Part shown: positions 27,587 to 40,409 of the stretch, in pieces
How positions within the stretch are numbered: the first letter of the stretch is position 1
Layout of the letters: the number at the start of each line of letters is the position of its first letter
NCBI RefSeq assembly: GCF_036321535.1
Contig: NC_087437.1
Coordinates: forward strand, 58,654,001-58,718,000
Length of the DNA: 64,000 nucleotides
Origin: Camelus dromedarius
Taxonomy: Eukaryota
Reading direction: 5' to 3'
Made by a program: the position numbers and the translations under genes
The notes under the pieces: model-generated
The model's input: only the letters and a program-made list of their open reading frames with translations
What the model was told of the DNA's origin: nothing
Database searches by the model: none

Positions 27587-27592
27587 AATAAA
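27587..27592 (+). terminator. Candidate proximal poly(A) signal, AATAAA
   Basis: Canonical hexamer about 100 nt into the terminal exon. Further AATAAA at 27875-27880 and 28649-28654. Confidence 0.45.
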
Positions 27593-30500
27593 GTCATGGG
27601 AAAAAATAATTTATATGTGTTAGAGGCGCTTGAAACATCAGCTGCCTTTTGAATGGAAGAACAGTGGAAATGACATTAACATTCTGTTTTATTGTACCGA
27701 AGTGACAAATTGGGATAATTTAAGCGGTGTGGCCATTAGGCTCAGTCCTTGAAGATAAGAAACTTGCTCTCCTGCTTGTTGTCTCATTTGTGGTGACACT
27801 AGTTCAACTAACTCACTAGCTGATGTTACTTGATGTCACTTTCTTTTCCAGAAAAAGAATGCTAGGTGTATTGAAATAAAACTTAACAGCAGTTTTCTAA
27901 AGGCTATCAAAAATTGTATATAAGATGATGGTAGCCCGCTGAGTTGTTGTCTGTATCTATAATGTTCTATGCCCAGAAACTATTTGACTGTGATAACTCA
28001 GTTTATTTATTTATCACGTAAAACAAAGCAAGTTAACAGAGAAACCCTCAAATACGTCGATTTGGGCTACAGTAATTCCATGTATATTCAGCAAAAGAGA
28101 TTTCAGTTCTTCATTGACAGCTTAGAAAGTTGCCTTCCCAGGCTAAGTCAGTAGCAGCTTACCTGTTTGATTCAGTTGGTGTTTTTGTTCTCTGTCCATT
28201 TGAAATTCATTCATTTGGCTGTTGTACAATTGAGCTAGGCTTTCTGTTAACAGTGTTTTTTCACCTGTTGACAGAGTTATTGGATTGTGACACAGGATAG
28301 GAAAGATTAAGAATAATCAATTGACTAATTTTGTTTAGACTGTTGTCAAACATTTCAACTAGCCCTCAGGAAAAAGCTTTCTTTCATAAGACTGAATTTT
28401 TAAATAGAAATTATTTCAGCAGTTAGAATAATGTTGACCATCCTCCTCTGTGCTGAAGATTTAAAGGAAATATAAAGTTTAATTCATTGCAGTTCAATTA
28501 CAATAATATCCTCACATCATTTTCATGTTTTTTACATAAATATTTTTTATTGGCTAAAGGACTTTAAAGCAAAGTCATTTTTGACTTTAAATGTCATTTT
28601 CATTTAACTCTGCTCTTTGCTGCCATTTCATTAAGCCTTTTTTATTCTAATAAAAATGCCCATTGTGTGACAGTTTTTATTTTCCAGTTTAATTTCAAGT
28701 TTTCTTCGAATTATGTTTTGGTAACAGTTCCCTTGCCACACCTTTTTTTTTTTTTAATTTACCATCAATATATATTTATTGTGATCTCTCTTAATATCTG
28801 ACACTTAATATGCAAGTTATATCAGTCATATCATTGAAGGATATCACAAAATATTTCAGAAACTGAGAGTTCAGGACATACTTTTTTTGATCAGAAAAGT
28901 AGATCCACTTTTAAGCAGCTAGTAGCAATATACTTTGTTTGGTAGCTGAGTGGTCGAGAACATTTCCTGTGTCCTTTAGACCTGGGAGGGGGAAATAGGA
29001 AGAGGGTGGAGGGCCCCAGGATTGTGTACAAAGGTTAGGAGATGACATCACTGGTTAATTCCCTCTAACCAGTGCTGGCCGGTGGGCAAACACCCTCACT
29101 GAAGCCGACATCATGCATTATTAATTAATATTTTGCAATTATGAAACACAACCACTTTACAACTACAGATCTATTTCTAAAGAAGAAGGAATAGGACTGT
29201 ATTTCTTTCTGAGAGCTATGGACAGGGGCAAGTGCCCTGAGCTGTATTCCTACAGATTCCCCCCAGGCAAAAGGCTGATGTTAAGTCAGTACTTATCACA
29301 ACCCTTTGTATAAATTTAAGAAAGGGGTGGTCGGGTATCCATTTCTTTGAGATCAGTATTTGTAATTTAAATATATAAATAGATGATAAAAAAATACTAT
29401 TAGAAATCCCATATTAGAGTCCAGATATTCCCCATCCCCCTCAGTAATATGACTTCTTTCATAGATTAATATTTTTTTCCCTTTATGGCTGTCTCAGACT
29501 AAGCATGCCAAGCCTCTCCACCCCTGCCCCACTGAAAGTGAAGTATTTATTAAATGCAGATGTTATTAAAAGAAAAAAAATTAAATTCAGATTCTCAACA
29601 GTAAACCCTGTGTTTTGTGTCTGTAGTTCAGAAATTACAGATGATTCCGTTGTAAACAAATCACTATACAGAAGTATGCAACTGTAACAAATGAAAACAA
29701 ATTCAATATTACAGAAGTTAAATTCTAACTAGACCAGGAATCATTTGTTTTTCATGTCAGAATCTGCAAAGAATAGAGTGAACAGAGCTCTGTATGGAAG
29801 ACTGAGTAACTGTAAATAGATTATATCTAGAATTTACTGGATCAGGGCATCAATTTTAAAAATCAGTTTATGAATGATAATGCATGATAGGAAACAAGCA
29901 GTTCTTACAGCTTCATGGTTAAACTATAGTTCAGCTGAGCTATAGTTGTAAGTGGAGCAACCAGCCTTCCCAAGTGGCTTATTTATGTTCTCTTTTATTT
30001 GTATCATCCCACCTTTCCAGGCTTTACAACAGCAGACTCCTTCCCACAAGTTGCCTCTGGATGGAAATGAATAGTGTAAAAATGAGTAGGGAATATTGCA
30101 GAAAGTGGTACTTCCTAATCGTATAATCTGAGAATTTTACATACGATAAGATACAGAGTGTAGGTTTAAAAGTTAAATTCCTTAACTAGTCGATTTTATT
30201 TTTATTTATTTTAAATGTATTTATCTGCAAAAAGAAATGTGGTATTTTAGTTTTTGATAAAGGGGATCAGAGAAATTTTTTTTTTAATTTCAGTTCTCTA
30301 AGCTGATATTTGCTATAGTTTCAGGTACTTTAGCAGAATGGAAATGTGCTCGCAAATAAGCTTACCTTTTGAATAATCATGGCTTTGTGTTTAAATATTT
30401 AAAACTTATTCTTGTTTTTACTTGTGCACTATGAATGAACTGTGTATTATTTTTAAAAACCTTCACACTACTTGTAGATGTAACTGCAGTTTATATTTTG

Positions 30501-30823
30501 CCTGTGCTTGATCTAAGGTCATCTGTGTAGATGAGTAATTAAAGATACTTAAATCATGTTATAATTCTGTTATTGGAGAGCATCTTTTAAGTGGTCTCTA
30601 TTTTAATGAGGGAGAGAGAAAGAAACCTGTGCACCTAGGGTAATAGTTTGACCCCACGGTATAACCAAATCCATGGTCTAACAAGCCTCTTAATGTGGCT
30701 CTTCTCTGAACGCTTGAATTTCACATGCCTCATGTTTCACAGTTGTAATTTGTGGTCTAACAATGCTCTTTTCCATGTCTTGATACTCGTCAATACATTT
30801 TGCTATTTTCTTTGGTAGAATTT

Positions 30824-30829
30824 ATTAAA
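30824..30829 (+). terminator. Probable main (distal) polyadenylation signal of OPA1, ATTAAA
   Basis: Hexamer about 17 nt upstream of a CA at 30846-30847, at the point where similarity to the recalled human mRNA end stops. Confidence 0.65.
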
Positions 30830-33800
30830 AAAAATTTTCTAATTGCATTTGCTGCCAGGACCATCATTGTCATTAATGATGGTAACATGTTCAGTCATAT
30901 ATGAGGCTTACTAAAAAGTCATCATTAAGTATTAGAACTGGAAGATCACTTAATTCCATCTACCCTGTGATTATGAACTCCCGTTCCTTATAATTCCTCC
31001 CAGAACTTTGTTCATAAATGATACATAAAAGATTTGGTGATCATTAGATGTGTGAAATACGGCAGAGCATAAGAATGCCTTCTCCAGGATTCATGTGGTT
31101 GGCTAGAGTCAAAACTAGGAAAAGACTCAAAATCACGATTGCTTCCATAAGGGGTACACAGGGTCTGGAGTGTGATTTATTTCTGGTGAATAAATGGCGA
31201 GGCAGTCTTTGAATTCCTTTAGAAGTTTTGTAACAGAATATGTTTCAGTCATTTTAGCAGTTATTTCACTGTTATCAGCACTAACAAACCAATCCTCATG
31301 TGAAGCCCCAAAAGTAGGTGCATTTTAAATTGTTTTCATCCTTTGTGCAATTCAAGTTCAAAATATTCATGGAGCCAGAAAGTTTGAAGAGTTTACTTCC
31401 TGAAGATTTAATAGGGTAATTTATGTTTTCTTCTAATATTTTCAAATGATGAAGTAGTATCTTTGTCAAAGTGAGGTAGCTACCATATGCTTGTAAATAA
31501 TCAGATGTATAATTATATTACAAAACGTGTTTTAAAATAATTATTGTTTAAATAAAATTTAAACAATAAAATACCCAATTTGTGATAACTAAGTCATAAT
31601 TTCTGCACATCTCAGACTAAGTTGATAGATGTAGAAAAATTAAGACAGGTTCTACAAAAATTGTCAAAGATGAAAAAGCAGGATAGTGCCAGGAAAGTTT
31701 AAATGTGAGTGATCTTCAGCCCAAAGAAGAAAATTTTATAAAATAAGGGTAAGAAAAACGTGCATTGTAAGGCACTGGATTAAATGTGTATTTTAAAATG
31801 AGAGTGTAAAATGGGGGAGCGTATATGATCACCCTCTGAAAGTCTTGTGAGCTTTATTCACATTCTGTAAGAGCAGTGTTAAGGTTCATTTGGGATCAAG
31901 TCATTGACGAGGGGGTAACTACAGCTTTTAAATGGTTTTAAATCAGTTGTCCCTTCATTATTGGTTTTGTTTTGTCTTTAATTAAATAACCCAGGTGTAG
32001 GCTGGTCCCCATCCGATTATTTGAGGGAATGCAAAAAGTCATTTAAAAAAAAAACAAAAAAAGTAGGCCGGAGGCCCCCCTGAAGCCCACCCAGTCAACA
32101 TGCAGTGACATTGCCAGCAGCCTCCACCGAGGCATGGCGTACAGTTGTGTGAAGACGACTAGTGACGCTGCTTAGAGTTCAAAGAATTGTCCGTTCTGCT
32201 CCTTACTCTTGGAGAAACTAAATCGTAGCAACAACATGGGGTTTTAACTTAGAATTGTATCTACTTATCAAATAATATGGTCATGATCTAACACTTGGCC
32301 AAAAGTTTGTGAGGCCTCTAACATTTGTAAGAAAGTATGTGGGGAATAAGTTAACTCCATCTTCTTGCTTTGCTGAAGTTTTTCTGGGAATTGGGCCAAA
32401 TCATCAGAAAGCAGTACTGCTGGGACTACTTACTTTTATCCACTTCTTAATTTATCTAAAATGCCCTTAGCTTTCACAGACAAATACGATGTGATGCACC
32501 TATTTGAAGAAAATACACAGTATCTTTTTTGCAAAGGTAAAATCTAATGACATATCTCTCTAGTCACTTGAGTTCATTAAAGTAAGGATTACTGGATAAT
32601 TCAGCACCAGCAAAGTTTCCCGGTGCTTCCCTTCTGTCAGAGAGCTCAAGATGTCAACTGTTTGTTTGCATCAGCTGCCAGGGATAAATTAATGCTGAAA
32701 TTAATTTATCCCTTAAGGAATGAGCCTATTCATTTCTCTGCTCCCTTAGTTTGTGTTCTATTTTTGTTTTCAATCTTTTCCATCCATCTTAACACAGAAG
32801 TAGTCATGCATCATTAACAAAATGCAATACTTACTGTTTCTCTGTAAAGAAATGTGTTTGCTGGAGGGCTTAAATCAAAAATTCTCACACTTGCAGTCAA
32901 CGACGCTCCAAGTGGTACACAGCCAATCCCTTTGTATGCTAAATATATATATAATTTTTTTCTACACTCAATTTCTAGGTAGTGAAACCAGAAGTCACCT
33001 TACCTATGCCTTAAGAACGCAGCACACACCTGCCTCCCCGCCGCCATGAGCGACACTAGCAGGAGGAGATGCCCGATGTGTGTTGGGAGAGGAGGTGCAT
33101 AGACGCGCAGTCTGCGGCCCTTGCAGGGGTGGTACCACCCTAACTGAGGGCTTGTATAAAGGTCTCAGCGGCACTGAGAACACAGCAAAGAAGTGCACTG
33201 TCACTGGCCATGAGCTTTTGGGGAATCTATCTAGAAACCCCCCTGAAGCCTTTTTAATGGTCAGTATCCTATCTTGCCAAGGAGTGATCCTATGAAAACT
33301 TTTTGACTTCCCTTAAAATTTTGAAGAAAAGAACTCAAATTTAGAGCAAAGGAATCACTATGGCTTGTGTCATGCATTCATTATCACAGGCAGTAGCAGT
33401 TCCATTTTATAGATTAGGAAATAGGCTCAGAGAAGTTTGAAGTAACCAAGGTCATTGGCGTGAACAGCAACGTCTAAATTTGAAAACAAATCTGGTTATA
33501 AACCTATGCACTTTCCAAAATACGCTCTCTCAAAAATACTTTGAAGAAAATGAGCCTATTTATAAGATTGAGTATATTAGGGCACTGATACACCTAGAAA
33601 GTGTAGTTTGAGCTAACTTTACGGAAATGGCCCAGGATGGTTTTCCCTCGCTATATATAAAGGCTGTTGTTGCATCACCAGGGTGGAGGAACCAGTAGAG
33701 GTGTGGTTCCCTACAGGGTCCTGTGGGGCAAGACCGTACGGAGACTGGGGGCTCTAATCTCATGTCTATCCGGGCTGTAAGTCTTAGGAGTAAAAATGAG

Positions 33801-36800
33801 TCCTCTGCAACTTTTCAGCATGTTAATCATGTTAATTTTCCCTTTTTACCTATTAAGTTTCTCTGACTCTTTCTGAGTTACCCCAACTGTTAAGATACAT
33901 TATTATTTTTACCCTAGTTTTCAAAACCTTGACTGAATATTTAATTTTCCCAAATTTTGACTGCCTTTTTGTTTCTAATAAATTTAACACTTGAAAGGAA
34001 AGCTATTAGCAGAAGCCTTTATAATTTCGACTGAAGTTGAGTTTCAGGAATATCATATTCTTCCATTTTCTTGCCCTGAGAGTTTTTCCTGTCCCAGGAC
34101 CGTTAGAATGGAAATGGACAGCACTTCCCTGCCAACATTCTCAGGAGTTTCTCTTTTCACGTGTCAGATCCCCTCTAGTATGAGCACCTGGTTGAACATC
34201 CCTGCCCTTTGCTGCGTCTACTGTGTTGGAGGCTCTCAGTGGGAGCACTTAGCCACTCCCATTTTCATACATTCAGATTTCTCTTTCTAAATATCTGCAA
34301 CATTTACATTCTTGCGAATTACACTAATTGCTCTGGTCATAGCTGAAGCAGGATCGCGAGACCATGGGCCCATTCATGTCAAAAGTACTGTTTTGTCACC
34401 GCAGCGGTGGATGAGGTATTGGGATCTGGTTCTCTGGGACAGGCGCCCCGTCGGTGTGGTTCGCCAGCTGTGTACCCTACAATTGGCTGGGCTTTTGATG
34501 TGCAGATACTACAAGTTGGTCACAAACTTGTGTACAATGGGCCTGTTCTGGTTCATGTGAAAATCAACATCCTTTTTTGTGTTCCCGGGTGACAGGATGC
34601 TACAATACTATTAGCATTTGCAAAGAGTGTGCTCTGTCCGAGGGTGTAACCACAGATCGTGTGCTGCTCAGTTTGTGTTTCTCTATTATGTGAGAGACAC
34701 AAAGAAGCTGAAGGCTGGCAAAGGCCTGTCAGGTCTTGTAATGTGGCGCTCGACCCCCAAACTCCGCTTGGCCTCCGAGGGGCTCTTGTTCCCGGGCCCA
34801 CCCCTCCCTCTGAATGGGCTCTGAGGTAGGTAAATGAATTCAGGGGCCGGTAGGCGGCGGATTCCTTTCTGACCTCATTCCTGTACCATTTGTTTGCAGG
34901 CTTGTAGGGGGAGAGGAGGACATTTTGGAATCCTTTGTGTCAAATAATTTTCTTGCAGGTTGGGGAGTTAATGGTAACTTTGTCTGAAGCCACCCGAGCA
35001 GAAAGCCTCCACGGCTGAGGCGTGGCATGCTCAACCTCAAAACTACAAGATGAGAATGTGGAAATAGGGAAACTTCCAGAGCAGATGGATACGCGGCCTG
35101 TCTGCCTGTTGAGCATCTGGTCCTGGGCAGCGTCCATCTTCCCACGCGGACGAGACGGGGCACTCCTTCCTTTAAAAAACAGCTTCCTCTTTCTGAGCTA
35201 CCGTGGCTTTTATACTGATGCCTCGAGTTTGGATAATCTTTTGTGTAACCAGTGATGTATACACACTCTGAAATGTTTTTAAAACCTTCTACCACCTGGC
35301 TAACTGCACAGAGTACAGCGTGGTTCCTGGAGGAGTTACATCATTTTTTTACCCTCGGACTTACTGTGCTTATCTGGAAAGTGAATTACAGTTTTAGAAC
35401 CACAAGAGCTCTTGTTTGGCAAAAAAAGAAAAAAAGAAAAGAAACGAGGCCCAGAGAGAAGAAGCAATTTGCTCAATTCGTTCAACAGAACTAGAGCCCT
35501 TGCCTCCTGACTCCTAGGCTGGTACTGTTTCTGTTCCATGAAGAATTAAATCAGGGGCCATAAACCGAAGGGCTCCAAAGCCAGGAGTTTTTGTAAAAGA
35601 AGTAAGGGATCTGGAGAGTCACGTGAAACCTGCCTCTTTTTAAATGTCGGCAGCTAATGTTAAGAATCTTAGACTGTGTGAGTCAGACAGAAACATCTAC
35701 AACGTGCTGCCCACCCAGGCCATTTGAAACCTCTGATTTAAACTGCAACTTTCTGTTCACTTCTGGCCTCAGTGGATTTGAGTGACAATACTACTAGGTC
35801 TTGTGAAAATAATATGATTTCTGGTCATTCTTAGAGATGCATCGATTTTTAGCTTGGTTTAGATGCATAGAGAGAGCGTCATTTATGATGAGGCTGGACT
35901 GAAGGGAAGAGCTCATTTATTACATGCCAACTGTATTGCAGGCACTTTCTATTACCTTACTTATTCTTATAGCTTCCGAAGGCAGGCATCATCACTGTGC
36001 ACCTGCAGGTCAACTCTGGCTCAGAGAGGCTGCCTGAAGGCCCAAGGCTGGCTCGTTGGCCAAGTCTTTCTAGGATCCCAGGTAGGTCTGAGTACAGAGC
36101 CTGGAAAAGGGGCAGGTATGGAATGGGCTGACGGTGCGCTCACAGCCCCTTCCCTCACCTCCTCAACTCTCCTGAGATGGTGGCTCCTGTTCATGCTGTG
36201 AGCTGCTTCGCAAAACGTGTATGTTCACAAAGGGAGAATTGGATGCACCGCTTCCAGCACCATCGATGGGCAAGTCAGCGCTAAGGGAAAACCCTGATTG
36301 AATAAGATGCACATACTTATAAATAAAAGCCTTTGGTTCTAAACAGCCAACTTTTTCAAGTTCTGAAACTCACACTGGTGAACCTCAGGTGAGGAAAATG
36401 ACGCTTGGCATGCCAAGTTTTTCACAGTTTAAGTGAATTCAGAGTATTAAGAGCACATTCATTTTTAAGGTTTACTGAGAAGGAGATAGCCCAGAGTTTC
36501 GGTAATTTATATTAGTCGCACAGCTGGAATAAAATCATCTCACTAAAGGGTGCTTTATCACAAGAGAGGGTCTGTTGTCTACCACACTCAAGCGTGCTCG
36601 TGTTTGTGCATGCGTGCATGCCTGTTCATCCTGGATTTGTAACCAAGAGTTCATCTCTGGTTCCAGAAAAAGAATTTTACTTGGAGAAATTCTACCAGGA
36701 AGAAGGCCGCTGTTGAGAAGGGGAAGGTCGTGACAAGCACACACATTCAGGGTGTGAACCTGTGCATTTATTAAGCAGAACAGCAAAGGCAGAGCACAGG

Positions 36801-37109
36801 CTGTGAAGCCAAAGAAGCGTGCTTGTAATCACACTCTGTGCTCACGTGGTAAGTGACCTTATTAGAGCCACTTCCTCCTCCAGGATGGTCCCAAAGGTCT
36901 CTGCCAGCCCAGATAGCCTAAAGCTTCTGTCACTGATTAAACTTGGCATCTAAAAATGTTCTCCTGAAACCAAGGGAAAACGTGTCCTGATTCAACTAAG
37001 TCAGGACGTTTTCCACATTACATTCTCTTCTAAGTGAAAAGCATCATATTTGCCTCCAATCTGGCTACAAAAGATGTTCCTCTCCTAAATCCTTCTAAAT
37101 AATGATACT

Positions 37110-37335
37110 AACGTTTACTGAGCGCTTACTATGTCTCAGGCACTATTGTAAGTTTATGTAACCTGTATGAATGCTGCTGGTTTCCATAGTCCTGAGCGAT
37201 AGGTGATGCTATTTTCCCCTTTTACAGATGAAAAAATGGAGCTTCTGAGTTGCTCTAGTTGTCAGAGTTTGCTTAGCTCATAAGTGGCCAAGTCGGGATT
37301 TCCACCCTGGCAAGCTGGCTCCTAGACTGTGCACT
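37110..37335 (-). mobile_element. MIR SINE relic
   Basis: tttactgagcgcttactatgtctcaggcact..ccccttttacagatgaaaaaatggagc..taagtggccaagtcgggattt. Confidence 0.75.
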
Positions 37336-38229
37336 TAACCACTGTGCACTGTGCCGCAAATCTTCACTAGAAACCGCCCGCATTGCTCAGTGGGAAGCCT
37401 GGGGAAGAAGCTGCTGTTGGCAAAGGATGTCGGAGAAGTCGGAGAGGCTGTGAGCTCAGAAGGCAGGCATTTGGGAGCTGTAGATAAGAGTCCCTGCTTG
37501 GTGGGGAATGTTTGCAAATAGAACATTTTTCTATTTCTAGGGCTCACTGGAGCACCTCACCACACTCAAGTCCTTGGGAATCAGGCAGCCCCGTCTTGGG
37601 ATGCCCCTGACTGCCAAGGAGACGGCTCATGAAGCTGCCCCTGCTGCCGGGGCGGGGGGGGCAGGAGGCTCAAGAGCTTAATATGCACTAGCAGAGGGGA
37701 GGGCCAAGGCCTGAAACCAAGGCGGTTTTTGAAGAGATTATAGACTGCCTGCCTGAGAGGGCAGAGTACAGTCATGTCCATGGCAGGCAGCAAAGGGGGC
37801 TGGCTCCCTCTGTCCCAGTAGCCCTGCTACCAGGCCATTCGGTATGGTTGTTTGCATTAGCTATTTTTACAGTTGTCTAATTTAAATGGGTTTTCCTTTG
37901 TTCTCATTTTATACCACCAGTTTAACTTACTGTCTTCTGGATACTCTGGGTATAGTTATCTGGAAATAAGGCAAATGAACTTTTAAAATGCCCTTGAAAC
38001 TCAGGATCTAAAAATAAATTGGTATCTTCAGTAAACTTTATGTATCTGTGAACTACGCACCGTCTTTCCTTTATTCTCAGCCAAGCTCCTTGGAAGAGAG
38101 AGGGTCCCATTCTCCAGCTCACTCCAAGCCGGCACTTTCTTTATCAGCTGGGCCCCCGTCCTCCACATTGTCGCTGTCTCCACCACTGCCGCTCACTGAG
38201 GCCCCCGTGACCCCCAGGCCGCCAGTGGC

Positions 38230-39590
38230 CCCGAATGCTTCTATACTTAATTTGCTTGATCCATTAAGGCCGTTTAATACTTTGTGACATTGCTTCTCTC
38301 TCTCTCTCTGTAAGCTCTTACTTCTTTGACTTCTGTACTTTCTCCTGGTTTTCCTTCTAATAACAAAGTGGCTGCTGATTTTCAGTACTATCTGCTGACC
38401 TTCCCGAGGGTGGGCCTTTCCTGGAAAAGTCACTTGGCATCACTTTTCTCAGTCTTACATTCCTCCTGGCTGGTCGACCTCCAGCCACATCTGCTTGTGA
38501 CTCTCAACGCTCCAGCCCCATCCTGTTCCTCTCCCCATGCCCCCGACCCCAGCTCCAGCTGCCTACTTACATGGCCCCCAGATGTCCAGACATCTGACAC
38601 TCAAACTGTCCAAAATGCAGCCCTTTCTCCATTAAACCATCCCGTCCCCAGATTTCACTATCTTGGTGGCAGGCACAGCGGCAGCTACACCGGACGGACG
38701 CCTGGGACTCTCCCAGTCCCGGACACCAACAACAAACCAATCACCAATTTCTACAGTTCCTTTTTTAAGTTTCTTTTTGTTTTGTTTTGTTTTTTGTGGG
38801 AGGAGGTAATTGGGTTTATTTATTTATTTACTTTTTAATAGAGGTATTGGGGATTGAACCCAGGACCTCGTGCATGCTAAGCATGTGCTCTACTACTGAC
38901 CTACCTTCTTCCTGCCCCCACTTTCTACAATTTTTATTTTTCTATCTCTTCCCCTCCTCCTGTCTCTGCACACCTCAGATGGTCACACAGCTCACCTCCG
39001 TTACCACCACACGCCTTCACTTTCAGTTCTCTCTTATGCATCCTCCATCCTCTTGCCAGAAAGAATGTGATCATTTGATTAAAACTGTCTCCAGATAAGT
39101 TTCAGGTAAAGTTCAGAACCTTTAGCCCATAGCCCCTCAGGGTATGGGGTCTGCCCAGTTCTCCAACAGCAACTCCCCCATCCCCCCATCCCACATCCGT
39201 ATCTAGAGCCACAGACCTGCTCAGTCACTCCGCCTTCCCACACACACACCCTTCCATCTGCAATGTCCTCCTTGTCCTGATAACCCTCACCCACCTGAGG
39301 GGACCCTGATCCTGCATCACCTCCTCTGGGAAACTTCCGGGACCCCTTCCATCCTTCCTCCCCCGACTCCCCCCTGAGCTAGCTGTGTTTTCATTAGTGC
39401 CCCACGCATATGCCTGTCCTGACACAGCACGGAGCCCTGGGACTGCTGACTTACTCACATGTGCCTTCCCGAGACGGAGAGGTCTTTAGGGGCCAGGCAC
39501 TAAGTGTTCTAGATGTTCTTATGCCCAGCACTTCACACAGCATCTGGCACATAACAAATACTGAAAAACTGTTTAAATGAGTGAGTTGTT
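38230..39590 (+). mobile_element. L2 LINE fragments (interrupted by a SINE)
   Basis: cagctgcctact..gatgtccagacatctgacactcaa..tccaaaa, and the L2 3' end cccagcacttcacacagcatctggcacata..tgtttaaatgagtgag. Confidence 0.6.
38759..38919 (-). mobile_element. tRNA-derived SINE of camelid type, with target-site duplication
   Basis: Minus-strand B box GGTTCAATCCCC and T-rich tail. Flanks aatttctacagtt (38746-38758) and actttctacaatt (38920-38932) match at 11 of 13 positions. Confidence 0.85.
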
Positions 39591-40031
39591 CATGTCTATA
39601 AAACATAAAGTATATAGACACTGAGTTAAGTATTAATGTTTACTACTCTCTGTTTACTCAAGTTTGTGATTTCGTGAGTATATGAGTGTGATCTCTTTTT
39701 TCATTTGCTATATAATATAAGTACTTAACTTTTCACTCCAATTGGCAAAAAACTGGACCCATAACCAGGGTTTACTATAATTTGGAAAACCCATTGCGTC
39801 TTTAGTTTCCTCATTGATAAAATAAGAGGGTTTGATTGGATGTTCACTAGAGGTCCTTCTAATGCTGCCACTTGTAAAAGCTTTGGTTCCATTTTTACAT
39901 AAAACTGCCTTGTCTAAATAACACTGCCCTGAACTGGCATATTGCTTTCAGAGCTATCATCTCATTGAGACTTTAAAATAATAAGTATGGTAGATAAGAT
40001 AGCCAATGTGATGAAATGAGTAGTATTGTTA

Positions 40032-40174
40032 TTGGTTTATTTGTTTTGTTTTATTTTGGGGGGAAGGTAATTAGGTTTATTTATTTATTGGTTTAAATGG
40101 AGGTACTGAGGATTGACACCAGGGCCTCGTGCATGGTAAGCACACATTCTACCACTGAGCTATACCCTCCCCCC
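40032..40174 (-). mobile_element. Second tRNA-derived SINE of the same family
   Basis: Minus strand starts GGGGGGAGGGTATAGCTCAGTGG (A box) with a degenerate B box. It shares the ggtaatt(a/g)ggtttatttatttatt tail with the copy at 38.8 kb. Confidence 0.85.
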
Positions 40175-40409
40175 AGTTACTTGTTCATCTTAAGCATCTA
40201 GCCATCCTTAATCGAATAATTTGATTCTAGCACTAAATTTCTGAAACACTTATCTCTGCAGCACAGGATGCATTTCTAAGTCCTGTAGCTCTCAGAGCTG
40301 TACTCAAAACAGAAAACACTTTCAGGGGGAAATCCTCAGCTTTTCATTTTTGGACCCTGGAGGGTCTCTCCTGAGTAACTTCTGTCTTAGATGCCAAGTC
40401 TTCCTCACA

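Larger units (their letters stand above)
27485..30847 (+). other. OPA1: OPA1 non-coding terminal exon (3'UTR)
   Basis: Acceptor ttttattttcacAG (27483-27484). Start (actcctactcataattacctctgcatacatctgaag) and end (..caatacattttgctattttctttggta..ttttctaattgca) resemble the human OPA1 3'UTR as recalled. ATTAAA at 30824-30829. The 3' end is approximate. Confidence 0.85.

Noticed and set aside
38840..40174. tRNA genes suggested by A and B boxes
   Set aside because: No cloverleaf. The AT-rich tails, a TSD and two related copies show they are SINEs.
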